From: Dipteris shenzhenensis
Taxonomy: Eukaryota
Assembly: GCA_047967505.1 (NCBI GenBank)
Contig: CM106538.1
Length of the DNA: 64,000 nucleotides
Reading direction: 5' to 3' (one strand)
Positions 35,039 to 48,400 of the stretch are shown here, one piece after another (position 1 is the stretch's first letter; the number at the start of each line of letters is the position of its first letter). The translations under genes and the position numbers were made by a program. Below the pieces are notes generated by a model. The model made no database searches. It had not been told where the DNA came from and worked only from the letters and a program-made list of their open reading frames with translations.

Positions 35039-38000
35039 ATTGTGAAGCACTGTGTGTGCTTGCAGAGGTCAGTGCTGACTGGACAACTGAAGTGGCACTA
35101 CTGAGGTGGCACATATGATGATGTCAACAGATGATGTGGTAATGCTGATGTGGCAAATGACATGGCAGATGACATGGTAGATGACATGGCACAAGTCACA
35201 TGGCAGATGATGTGGCAGGTGACGTAGCCAGATGACGTGGACAGTTGATGTGGTAGGATAAGAGAGATTGCCACGTGGTTGAACTCTAACCACCAACTAA
35301 GCTTGGGGTTAGTTGTCAACTAACCAAGGTAAGTGCTTATCTGCGACATGGCAGATAAGATGACGTGGACTCGAGCCACGTGTCTCGAGGAGACACCAAA
35401 ATCTTTATGATTTCGATAGAATCTAAAAGGATTCCGTTCTTGTGGATTTTTGTCGATGGCTGATCCTTAGAAGAGCTCGTGGGAGCCGTTGCACTGGTGA
35501 AGCTATGGAGAAGCTATCGTCTTGGAGGAGCCCGTATGGAGGAGCTTCGAAGGTGCTGGCTATTGCAGGAGGCTACGTGAGCATTGCATGAGATTGAGCC
35601 ATTGCTCGTTGTAGTCGGCTATTTATCCATTAGGAGGAGCGCTTCGACGATGGAGCAGTACCTAGAGCCTGTAGATGGTTGTCGATGGAGACCCACTTTT
35701 TGTTGAATGCCGTGTGTGTAAAATGTAGGTTGTTGGAGCGCTGTGAACATCCTGTGCAATGGCTTGGAGCCTATAGGCGTCAAAGGGCATGAAGGAGCCG
35801 AAAGATGAGGGTGCGAGCATGCTCTTCTCATCCACAACGAATAGAGGAGGTGGAAGTCGTTGCCGTTGGTAGAAGCTTGAGTTCTGTCGGTCAAAGAGCT
35901 CTAAGGCGCTCGTCACTTGGTTAGCGGGCTGTGTGTCGAGGGAGCCTGTGAGCTCCTAGTCGATGGAAATGGAGAGGCTTTTGTGTTGTTGGAGCTTGGT
36001 GGGGCTCTCAGGCTCGGCTACTGCAGTCCGGGGGTGAAGCCGGCTGAAAGAGAAGAGCATGGAGGCTAGCGTTGTAGGCTACTATGGAGCCGTGGCTAAG
36101 GAGTCACGCTTCTTTCGTTGTAGAGGTGCTTGGTGGAGTAGAAGGAGATTTGCTATTATTGTGAGCTCATTTGAGCACAGGGCATATCCACAGTATTCTT
36201 TGGCCGACATGCTAAAGCCGATTGCTATAGGAATGGCCTCATTCAGAGAGAAGTTGTATGTAGGATCCGAGAGAGAGTATGATCTCTCAGTTCTCTCTCA
36301 ATCCACAAGTAGAACAATAGATAGAGATCTATCTCTCTCTTCCTCTCCCAAACTCAATAGATCTCTCTCACAAAGGACTCTCATAAACTCAAAAGAAATA
36401 AACTCTCAACCCTCACAACTGAAATGAACGGGAATCTCTTAAGGAATGACAGAAATTTTCTCTCAACACAATGAACAAAGTCTTCTCTTGATGGAAGTGA
36501 ACTTGCTCGAAGAACGCTCAAGAGAGCCTCTCAATCTCTCAATCACTCTCACTCTTAGAAGGATCGCAATGCCTCAGCGGAAGGCAAGGGAGCTCTGATA
36601 CCATGACAAAATATGAAGAGGGGAGAGGAGAAGAGTGGAGATGAGGAGAGAGGGCATAGCTAGAGAGCACACCACAAATGAGTAACTGTACAATAGATTT
36701 AGTTGAAAAAATAGAATATATACAAACCCATTTAGGGTTAGGGTTAGGGGATCTAACCCTTTCCTTTATAGCACTCTATAAGGTTAGTGCTATGCACATA
36801 TGATCACGTGATGGTGCTATGCACACATGATCAGATGATGTTGAGTGTGAACTCTCAACAGAAAGGCCATGGTCTTCTCTTTTCTTTGTCTTCTCAAAAT
36901 TGACGCATTGACTACCACCTATTTGAGTAGCCAGAGGTAGCTAGTTTTGGAGGCATAAGAGAGTGATTTTGGGCTGATTTTTTGTGTTTTAAGCATTAGA
37001 TGGTTGTGGAAACTAATGTGTAGCTAGGTCTTAGTGTTGCTAGTTGGAATATTCTAAAAGAAATTATAGTAGTTGTCACGTCACTTTGAGATGTCTCGAT
37101 GTGATGGTTTCGTGTGCAACTTTCAAAAATCTTTAAAACATTGTAGATTTGTTCCTTTTTTAGTTTCTTGTGTAGGTAGCTAGCTATTTTATTTTTCTCT
37201 ACTATATGATCAATCAAATATTAAAAAAATTACAACCATCAAGTGGGATCTATGAATTTTCACCAGAGGTAATTGGCACATAGAGCACATGGTTATCAAA
37301 GTGTGGATATCATATCGTCATGTGGTCATTCCAACTCAACACTAGACGGACACCAAGCTTCCCACATTAATGTGCTCTAACATTGTCACCTGACCACTCC
37401 AAAAATATCTAATTTGATATTATCGGGTGGCCATTCCAAGACCTCTTTTCCACGAATCAGACCTTGGATCCATGTCAATCACATACTTTTGTGCCATAAA
37501 CTAAAACAAAATCGTATCGTTGATGCATGGTCAAATAAGGGTGGAATTTCCTAAATGTTGAACAACACAGAAGTGGTGAAAACCATATAGCAGACACCCT
37601 TATCACTAGAAAACAACAAGTGTCCACCTAGAAGCCCTCATAAGACAACTTTGCGTGGTTATGGACGTGTGAACCCCTTGACATACAACCAACCCAAGGC
37701 ATGCAAATCAGTTGAAATTCATATTAAGCACCTAAAATTTGGACTTGGCTAGATATAAGTGCTACTTGATGTTTGTGCCTGGTCATTAAGATCATCTAAA
37801 AATGCTATTGAAATTCATATGAAACTTGTCCTTGTGCTAAACTTACATTGGTAAGCTGTGATATCAAAAATTACAAGGAAATAAATAATTAATATTGTTG
37901 CTTGGTCATCCTAGACCACCGATCTAGTATCACAAACTCCTAGAACCAATGCCATACTAGTGCCTCACTTGGAAGCCTTAAAAACTCACCTTCTTGAAAT

Positions 38001-38179
38001 CCTAATGACCATGCATGATCATTGAAGTTGACTTGGGTGGGTAACCTTACTATACTTGATCACTATAGATCTTGACTGAGGACTTTTAATCACTTTGGTT
38101 AATGAAAATACTCTTTATTGGGTCATAATTGTCCTTTCAAATGGCCATTATCATTTGGAAGCCCGCACATTACCATAAG

Positions 38180-40100
38180 GCCTCTCATGCAATTGAGATC
38201 TGGAAGGGTCTTGGATTTGAATCCAAAACTAGATCCTCCAATAACATTTTATCAAGATATATACTAAAATTTGCATCCATTAGGTTTTGGACCTGGGTTT
38301 AAATGCCTTGTGAGCTTTCACCCTCCCTCCTTGGAGACCATTCAGAAGGACTACTGTCCCACCGTGACACTTGCAAAGTGCCAAGATCAATACGGTGGTG
38401 GTGGAGGTGCATACTTGCCTAGTGCTTTACATACTACGGGACCAAATTCACAATATGCTCCACAACAAATACACCAATCATGCAACCCCAATGAGGGCGA
38501 TATCCACAATACAAGATGCAGATGGAGTTCCACATTGGTGACCCAAGAGTAGATGCTAGCTAGCCCTTGGATCTTTTCTTGGAGAAACAATGTCATAGAG
38601 CCCAACATAACACCATGTAATGCCACATTTTGAAAAAACTATGTGACAATAATCCCAACCCAAAGTTCACTCAGAGAATTAGGGAAACCACAGCCAATGG
38701 GTACCCCCCATGCCTAGCTTGGTAGTGACAATCTAGAGGGGCAAACAAGAGCACCATCTGAATATCCTCCTAAACCATCGACTCGGCAAAAGAAAGTGTC
38801 CCAACCCCTTAGGATTTGCAAGGGGTACAAGTGGGTTACCATACACACCTATCATTATTGCCACACCCATAGTAGGTTTGAGCATGCCAATGCCTAGGGG
38901 GACCACCTCTTCATACCTCCATGCTAATTTATCCAAATATGACTATACAAATGCCCAATGGCTGTGGTTACACAAATCCGACATAGACCCACCAAATCCA
39001 ACTTGTAGTGTGCTCTCGACCAAGGTATATGTACGGAGCAAGACTCATGTTCCTCCAACCCTCCCATCTAACAAACAGTGGTGATCGATGATGCAATGAG
39101 AGTCCTACTGCAAGCACTAGGAAGGGGGGGGGCACTTATAGTCATTGTAGGGAGAGAAGCTTCTTCATTAAGAAATAAATCCATCACCAGCTTTAAGTGA
39201 TGACAAAGTTCCTCAAAGAGGGTGAGCCTCTCTTTGACATAGAAAGGTTTAAGTAATTTTGCAAAACCTTAGAAACATCAGTGACCTCAACAAGGTAAAT
39301 GCTTTTGGGTTGAGTTTAGATCATAAAGTAGGGCAATAATTTAGAGCTCTAAATTTGGAGAGGAGAAGATAAATTGGGAAACACTATGGAACACCTTCAA
39401 TGTGGGATTCACCCCAAGTGAAGCCAGACAAAGCCTAATTAATCAACTATATTAGGCTAAATAGAAGGAAGGGGAGCCCCTCTATGATTACATAGCTACA
39501 ATCAAACACTTCAGCTCAAGATGTGATTAGTGTATGAGGAATACACAACTACTTCAACATTTCTTTGTAGGGCTAGGGGACCCAAAGCTTCGTGATCATC
39601 TATTAATTTTGAGCCCCACATCATTTGAGTTATATTGTAAATTGGCCATTTGCCTCAATAATAATATGATGGTGGATAAGTTGAACAAAGAGAGATCCAA
39701 AACTACTCCATCAGAGATTTCTCGTAGCTCTAAGACATCTATCTCAGAAGAAGCTGACTTGGGAGGTGCAACACGATTAAGGAATTTGAAACCAACATAC
39801 TCAATCAAGTGGAAGGGAGGGGAAGCAGAAGAGGGTTCGAGCAATTTGCAACCAGCCTACTCAATTAAATGAGTCAATAGTGGAAGGGTGGGGCAGCAAA
39901 AGGGGGTTCAAGTAATGTTCACTTGTTCCAAGATGTAACACGTCCATGAGACACGACAATATATATAGTGTGTCATTTGCAATGGTAAGCACTTGACCAA
40001 TGAATGCAACCATATTAGGGCAAGATCCATAACTAGCCCTAGGCCATAAAGGGGGTGGGATCAAAGATGCACCCATTGGCCGGACATGCATTACATATAG
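38180..40100 (+). mobile_element. Highly decayed Ty3/Gypsy gag remnant
   Basis: MQLRSGR start at ~38187. Gag-like NAFGLSL..INWETLW..KEGEPLYDY..QLLQHFFVGL at 39290-39580 and knuckle-like GKHLTNEC at ~39990. Confidence 0.5.
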
Positions 40101-41267
40101 GTAGTGCATGGAAGTAGGAAGGAGTGTTTTCCTTGTCTCTTTTGTGAGGAATTTCTAGAAAAATTCCATAGGAAGTATCAACCTAAAATGGAAGCGGGGG
40201 AAAATAAGGAGGAAAGAGGGAAAAGAACATGAATGACAAAAGACCTGCATTTAAAGAACATAAAACTCACACATTGCTTACCGCACTTATAAATGCTATT
40301 AATATTAACAATAACATTTATTAATAGAATTGAAGGGCTTCCGCACTGACCAGCAAACCCATTTTAGCAACATTTTAGTATTGCTAGTTGTCATGATGTA
40401 CTAAAGAGGTGTTCCACTCACATGGGTATTTTTAAATAATTGTTTACGAATCCTTGCACAACTTTGCTATTCACACAAGAAGCCACTTTTTCCAACATTT
40501 GCCTCCCTTGGCACATGCTAAGAACTAATCAAAATACTCATACCATTTCTCCTTCGGGTCCACTTCTGATGGAATAATCCATGCAAAAATACACAAATTT
40601 TAACATATTAGTTTCTCATTGTGGATACACTTATGGAATACTTCATGCAGAGATGTACCAATTTTAACATATTAATTACCAATCCTAAAATATAGTCTAA
40701 GAAGTTCTAACAAGTCAACATGCGAAGGGTTAAGGGTTCTCACCTTGGAACTCAATGAGGTAGGGGCATCATAAATTGGCATGCACATCGTCATTAGAGA
40801 AGACACCTTTGTTTTACGTGTTGTGATGAATTGGATATAGATGAGAATGTATAGCATTTTGAAAGTTGTCACTTTTTGCAAAACTAGTACTTTAAAGTTG
40901 TCACTTTTTGAAAGACTATATGCACAAAAGTTGTTGTAAAGAGCTACTTTGAAAGCTACTCCCAACAATAAAGCATATGACATCCATGCACACTCTCCTT
41001 AATAAAGCTACTCCCAAAAGATCCAGCCACCTATAGTAAAAGTACTTTGGAAAAAGAAAAATACCCTTTGTGTGAATGCACATGCATGATCACATTTTCC
41101 CAAGTGGCACATGCATGATCACATTCTCCCAAGTGAGCCATGGATGTGGTGAGTGAATGTTGAGGTTTAGATAGGGATGTTAAGTGGATTAGGTATGGAG
41201 GAAGAGTGATTAGAAATGTAATGAGGCATTTATAACCAGTATTTTAACAAACAAATTTCGCTAAAGT

Positions 41268-41376
41268 TATAAAGTCAAGATTACTCTTACACATGATCAT
41301 TTTTTAACGATTAAAAATGTATAAAGTCAAGATTACTCTTACACATGATCATTTTTTAACGATTAAAAATGTATAA
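41268..41376. repeat. 52-bp perfect tandem duplication
   Basis: tataaagtcaagattactcttacacatgatcattttttaacgattaaaaatg occurs at 41268 and 41320. Confidence 0.95.
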
Positions 41377-41891
41377 TTTGTGGATTTTCAAAATGAAATG
41401 CATAAATTTTAGTCATCTGAGTAAAGGCTAGGCAAAATTGGAGATGAATTTTGGAGATGATAGTGGGAAACTAAAGGGGGTGTAAAAAATAAAGTAAAGA
41501 TGGGTTGAAAACAAAATTTGCAAGTTATATACAAGCATCAAGGGAAGGGATTTGGGGGATCGAGGTCACCCTTTGACGATGACCTGTGACAGAGGTCACT
41601 CTCAGGCGGCTACTTGCGATAGCAAGGAGCCATTTGATGGTGACCCCAATTCCTTTCTGCGCGTGGAATGTGTGGCTAGTGCAAAACTAAAGGGGTATTT
41701 TTTGGGGATGAGGGAATCCTATGGAAAGGTTCCGATCTGATATTGGAGGGAGCCATTTGATGGTGACCTGGGGACGCAAGCAACGTTGCTCGTGTGGAAG
41801 GCCAGAGTGTAAGGGAAAAGTGGACTGGAGAGTAATTTTTCAAGGAATTCCACGGAAAGCAAAACAAGTGAGTACAAGTACTCGTGAGAAC

Positions 41892-41893
<2 letters not shown>

Positions 41894-41934
<41 letters not shown>

Positions 41935-42385
41935 AGAGAGAGAGAGAGCACAGAGGAGAAGAGGAAGTAGTATGAGTGACAAGGTGAGGCAACTAAGTGT
42001 CACAAAAATACTCGAGGGGCACTTTTTATGAAAAAGTGTAAGCAGAGCACTCGGAGGAGGGCAACAGTGGGGGGAAAAATTTTGGGAGGTTTTTTGGGGG
42101 GGGGGGGGGGGGGGGGGCCTAGTAAGAGGTTTGGGGAGGGGGTGGGCCTAGTAAGTGGTAAAAGAAAGGAAAAAGAGGGTGGTAAAAAGCACGATGACGC
42201 AGGTGATAAGAAAACATTGTGTTTTTTTTGGGTTGCATGGCTCCGGAGGTCTCGAGCTCAAGATCAAAATCAAAGGAAAATTGTCCATACAAAGCTGCAA
42301 CAACCCATCTCCATCTTCATCTTCATCTTCATCTTCATCTTCGTCTTCATCTCCTGCAACAACAACAACAACAACAACAACAACA
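41894..42385. repeat. Simple-repeat cluster in the alpha-mannosidase promoter/5' UTR: (GA)n, poly-G, (CATCTT)n, (CAA)n
   Basis: (GA)n at ~41894-41948, poly-G at ~42096-42117, (CATCTT)n at ~42312-42350 and (CAA)n at ~42357-42385. Confidence 0.9.
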
Positions 42386-42462
42386 GAAAGCTCTGTTTGC
42401 CTGGCTATGGCGACCTCCCCATCTCTCTGATCTCTCCTTCCCGTCTCTTCTCCTACTCCTCC

Positions 42463-45400
42463 ATGGCTCCCCTGCACCTTCTCCTCCTCTCCACCTTCTC
42501 CTTCTTCCTCCTCTCCTCCCTCCTCGACCTTGCTTCCTCCTCCTTCTCTTCTTTCCCTCTTCCCATCATCTACAACACCTCCTCCCGCCCTCTCCCTCAT
42601 AAACTCAACGTCCACCTCGTCCCTCACTCCCATGACGACGTCGGTTGGCTCAAAACCATCGACCAGTACTACGTCGGCTCCAACAATTCCATCCAGGTTT
42701 CCGCATTGCTCCCTCGACCCGCCTAGTGCTACCTCCTGTCGCACAATGGCTGAGTTTTTTTTAACCTCCAGCTCGACTTGTGCAAGCTCCTCTATTCTTC
42801 TGCAGCACCAGATCATCATCCTCAGGATAGTGACCAAACACCGTCGAATTTCGAGGTGCAAAGATGAATCTCTGTTTGGAAAGGGAAGCAGAGATCATTC
42901 CTTCCCTTAGCCAAGACTAGAAATGCTGAGGAGAGCTTTGCTTCACTATCGGCTCCCAACTTACGAAGTTATAGTGCGGAACGCCGGAATTGCTTTGCTT
43001 TATCCGATCACAGAGTTCACTTGTTGTCAATATGCCGTGTACGTTCCTGATGACTTTGCGACTGTGCCAACGGTTTTCCATAATCTCCGACGCCTGTCTC
43101 TCGCCGTCACCTCTGCATTTGCTGAGGCTTGCCGTAGGACGATGCAACACTGCAGCGTTCCTTCTACGTGACTGCAGGACTCGTTTGCCTCCTCGCGCTT
43201 TCGCAGTTCCACTTGCCCGACCGATCGTACCAGAGGCGTAGGCAGATCCTTGCTATCCACAAAGTCTTGACTTTACAGTTTACATTATATCTATGTATAT
43301 ATATCTCTGCGCTGCACTGTAATGGAAGTTGCTACAAGCTTCTACTTTCCCTGTTCGCAGTTAAATCGCCTTTTTGGGATGGCAGAGATTCCTAACAAAG
43401 CGCATGAATTTTTCTAAAACGTACGTGTTACAGCTTAAATATGTGTTGAATATAACTGCCTAACAATTCCACTGGTTTTGTGAACCAGAATGCAGCTGTG
43501 AACTTGATATTGGACACTGTGATTGCCGCACTTCAGGAAGATGCGAACCGGAAGTTTATATATGTCGAACAGGTACTCTTCAAAGGCTTTTTTCATATCA
43601 GCATTCACCTCCTCAGAAGTTCCACAATAAAGTTAGAATGGGACCTATACGCGGCAACTTCCTTGCTTTGCCGATCGCAAAAGAACTCAGGATCGCAAAA
43701 TCATACCCTGCGCACAAAGCACATTTGGAAAATTCGTCCCTTAAAAAGCGTAACTATGCTTGATTCCACACGATGGTACTGCATTTGTTTGCTCTTCATT
43801 TTCTTCCTTTAAAAATGTGTTCTGTACCTATCACTGGGATTTTTCCCGCAGTCACCATGCCGTTTCTACTGAGGGCATAGTGAGGACTGAATGCCAGGTC
43901 GAAAAGTACAAATTATCGTTTGAATAGATAGACAATCATTTCGTTTCATTCTTCGTGTTCTTGCTTGTTGACTTTGAATATACTAATGCTACGTGAAAAA
44001 ACATTTATTGTGGGGTGATAGGCAAGATGGCGAATCACTCAGTTTTTGTCTCCTGTCCGGTGGTATTACTTTTACAAGTGATCCCACCCACCTTTCAACA
44101 TATTTTGTCGATCACAGTGGAAATTTGTGGGGAGACATTACTGTCTGAATACTAGAGCTATGGGTGTTGACTGTTATGTCTTTGTTCAAGTCTCTACTGT
44201 CCATCTAGCAAGTCTATTGTACCTTTGAATCAGTGTCTCTCTCATTTTGGCTTCTAGAGTAGGGAGAGAGTTGTTCAAAATCTCTGCTCAATGAACGCTT
44301 CATCTCCATCTTATAAGTCTCTCGTACCTTTAGTCAGTGTCTATCTCATACTGGCTTCACAAGTCTCTTGTATTGGCTTGTATACACTCTCATTTGGACA
44401 TGGCAAGTCTCCTCATAGCTTAGAATGGACTTGCGATGCATTGCATAGGGATGCACCTTGTGGAAGTGGAACCAGGCCAGTGGTAGTACTTTCACAAGCA
44501 ATCCAACGCACAAACGAGTACGAAGTTGTAAAAGAAGGTATACATGATTCCGGTTGAAGAAATGTGGCATTCACAAAGGTCATGTCAAAATAATTGCTTA
44601 AGGAGTTACCACATCATACAGAAACTGATTACGAGAACGACTTTATTCCCAAGATACAGTGATGAATAGACCAGCCTATCGGACAACTCCCTTTGAGCAT
44701 GCTGAAATTAGAAGGCAAGTCTAAGTAATGTTGGAAATCGGATAAAGGGACATTGTTTTTCCATGTTCATGTCTCATGCAACTTACCCCAAAGGGCAATA
44801 CATGGAGGATGAATGTGGATGTAAGCACGTTACAATCAAATGTACGTATTGTTAGAAAATAGAGATGGAGGTTGCTTGCTGTAGCCAAACACTACAAATC
44901 ACACAATGCTGAATCAAATCTCCTCCACTTCATAGTGCACGCATGTACTCAGCTCAGAGACCGTGGAATGAGCATGGACGGATGCACTCGGAGCCAAGAG
45001 ATCCTTGAGATGACCACGGACTTCTACCTTCCAATCAGAGATGGAGACCCCCTCGGTCCTCTTAGCAGTCTAGGACAAGGTTCCATTAGTGGTCCTGATG
45101 AGCATGAGCAGACAGCTAAAGACACCGTTCATGGATGAGGAGCTATGGGAGGCCCTCAAGGCCCTCCTTACCCAGAATGGGGAGGATGGTCTGACTCCTG
45201 TCTTCTTTCGAAGGTTTTGGGAGGTCATTGCTATCCCGTTGAGGCAAGCTTGTTAGGAGCTCTTCGACTTCGGCTCACTCCCTCATTCTTTGAGCCGGGG
45301 TTTGATTTGCTTGATCCCGAAGGGAGGAGACAGGACCGATATTCGTGTGGAGGACAATCACCCTCTTAACACTGAATACATGATCTTGGCGAAGGTCTTG

Positions 45401-48400
45401 ACCTTGCAGTTGCACCCTCATCTCTCTGACATCATCCACAATACGCAGACAGGCTTTGTCCAGGAACGAAGCATCCTAGACAACAATTTTTACCTTTTGG
45501 GAGGCCATAGATTACCCCTAGCTACCCTTCTCTTGGATTTTGAGAAGGCTTATGATAGGGTGGAGTGGTCCTTTCTAGAAGGCACTATGCGCCGGTTGGG
45601 CTTCACAGACCGGTGGATCTGAGGGAATTCAGCACTTTACGCAGGGAGCTCTAGCTAGATGGTCATTGGCAGCCATATTGGCGAGGCTTTCTCTCTTTCC
45701 CGATCAGTACGGCAGGGCTGCCCCCTTCCTCTTCCTCTTTGTAGCCGAGGCGCTTGGCTATTTCCTATGATCCCATGCTGCAAGATTGATAGGGATGAGA
45801 CTTCCGATCTCACAAAAGGAGGAGCTATTGAACTTAGAGTTTGCAGATGACATGGCGCTGTACGTGGAGGGGTCAACATCGAGCCTAGAGGCAGTCAAAG
45901 GAGCTTTGTCAATCTATCGTGAGGCCTTTGGGGCTCAAATTAATTGGACCAAGTCGGTTGGCTTCTTCATAGGGATGGAGGAGGTCTAGGAGGTTCGAGA
46001 CTGGGGTGCAGCCTTTGGTTTTTAGTGGCTCTTGCGGGGGTGGACATTGAGATACTTGGGTTGTCAGGTGGGGATCGACATCACATCGGAGCATCAGATT
46101 GCCCCGGTTTTCAACAGTGCAGCGGAGGCTTCTATATTATAGCTCGAATAAACTCTCTCTAGCAGGGAGGGCTCTTGTAGCCAACCAGGCTCTCTTAGCT
46201 ATGGCTTGGTACATTGCTTCCTGCTGGTGGTTTCACAAGAGCTGCATGGGATAGCTCAGGTGCCTACTGCGCAATTTACTCTGGGCCGGCTCAAACGGCA
46301 CAAGGAACACTAGGGCCAAGGTCGCTTGGAAGATAGTCATTATGCTGCAGGCTAGAGATGGTTTGGACATCATCGATCTAGAGATGAAGAGCAGAGCCCT
46401 CTTGGGCAAACTAGTGGTTCTTAGCCTTTTTCCAAGTACAGAGCCTTGGAAGCTTCTCCTACAGAGGGGACTTCTTTTGAATACACCACCCACAGGTGGC
46501 CAGTGGCAGCATTGCCCTCGGTTGCTCTTTTCGGAGGCCCCTTTGGCAGGGAGGGGATCCCCACTGATGCGGAGCCTTTTTCGGGTCTGGAAGAGGCTGG
46601 CAAGAGGACTCATACGGACTCCACCCAGGTGCTGAGAGGAGTGTAACGAGCTGGGATCTCAAGATGCAAGCTGGCCTCCGCCTGGCTTGAGGTTTTTATT
46701 CCCGGGGGCGGCGCCTTCGTGACAGCCTACTTGTATGGTTTGTTTCCAAGCATCAATAGAAAGGTCCTTTTTCTGGAAAAAAAACATTGTCTGTGTCGTA
46801 CACCAACTAGGACACGATGACCAGTCATTGTCCCCTTCTAGAGTGTGCTAAGTTGGATGAAACCAACCTTGGCATCTGGAAATTCAAGCTTGAGAATATT
46901 CTCAAAACCGAAAGATATGGGTATCATTGATGGGGCTTGTTGATATTGCAATAATTCTTTCTATCTTAAATGGTGTGTTGCCTTATCAGCTAGATTTAGA
47001 TGCTTGTTTGGGAGAGACAAAAATGAAATCATTTAGACTTCACAAGCAGTTGTAGCTTGAATGAAGAGATTTGGACTACTTTTTGATTAGTCTTCTCCTT
47101 TAGTGCTAGCTTTCGTCATGGCTGAGTTTGCCCTTCACCTTCGGAGTGCTAACAGAAACTGAATACGAAGACTTTGTATAAATGGATGCTCAAGTGTGTG
47201 TGGGTGTGTGGATTTGTATGTGTGAGAGCATGTTTTTATACTATGGTCTACACCCACTGTTGGGCACTGACGACGTCAGTGGGGATGTCATAGTAGCTAG
47301 TCCCTGCTATGCACGATGGAGTTTATGGTTTTCAATCTTATGAGTGACTATCGTGAGATTGAAAATGCACTATGTTGTGTTTTTAGAGGATGAGTTTGGG
47401 AATGTTCCTGGATTCATCTAGGTATATATCATTGATGGGACTGAAAATGTCCAAGAGAGAATTTCGGGAGTTGCGATGAGAAGAGCCAATAGGCTCATAT
47501 TCTCATAAATCTAAGCATCAAGTTAAATATCATTCCTCCTATCAAAAACCTGAATCTTGAAAGACTTTGCAAGCCACCTATCAAGATGGTAATACTCTAA
47601 AAGCCGTAGTCATATAAGGTCAGTTGATTAGGCTTAGAGTGCGAGAGGGTAATTAAGTGAATGACCATTTGAATCAGCTCAAAGACCTGATTGATCAACT
47701 AGCAATGCACGGGGGCATGGATAGCAGCAGATCACCCCTATGCTAGAGGGTATGAGGCACAAGATTTTGTACTAGAGCTTGGTTAGACTCTCTCTAGCAT
47801 GCAGGGCCCTCATGGCCAATCAGGTCCTTTTAGTGACAACTTGCTACATAGCCTCCTATTGGTGTTTCCATAGAGGTTGCATGGGTCAGCACAAGTACCT
47901 CGTCTTATGGGCAGGTTTGGATGGTATGAGAAACACTAGAGCAAAGGTTGCTTGGTAGATGGTGATCTTGCCCAAGGCATAGGAAGGACTTGGCATTATT
48001 GAACCTGAGATGTAGAGAAGAGCCCTTTTGGCAAGTTAGTGGTACGAGGTCTCACCCCAAGCTCTGATCCGTGGTGGAAGCTCTTGCTTCAGCCAGGGCT
48101 TCTTAGGAACACACCCCATATAGGAGGATAGTGGTAGTAGTCCCACAAGTGGATTTTTTAGAGGCCCCCCTTACAGAGAAGGGTTCCCATCTTGATGAGG
48201 AGCCTTCACAAGGTTTGGCAATGTTCGTCTGGTGGGCACATTCAAGCTAGTCCCATGTGCTTGGAGGAGTTCGAGAGGTAGTCACTCATTCAGCATCCGG
48301 AGATTTGGGACCAAGAGAAACTCATGCTTGGGCAGCAGACACACATCGGCTGGGCACATTGGGACAGTGGTCCGGCTAGGTCTTTTGGGACTTAGAACGC

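Larger units (their letters stand above)
25728..36860 (-). mobile_element. Full-length Ty1/Copia LTR retrotransposon (11.1 kb including the nested MULE)
   Basis: TG...CA LTRs at 25728-25979 and 36604-36860 differ by about 10 substitutions plus an indel (hand count). PBS (reverse complement of TGGTATCAGAGC) at 36592-36603, PPT ccttccctcaa at 25980, perfect TSD GAAAG (25723-25727 and 36861-36865). Confidence 0.96.

Noticed and set aside
42028-42462. In-frame N-terminal extension of alpha-mannosidase from the ATG at 42028
   Set aside because: It is made of microsatellites (poly-G, IF and N repeats). The ATG at 42463 is followed directly by a signal peptide.
42148-42861. 237-aa antisense ORF over exon 1
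   Set aside because: A shadow ORF of a C/T-rich exon and simple repeats.
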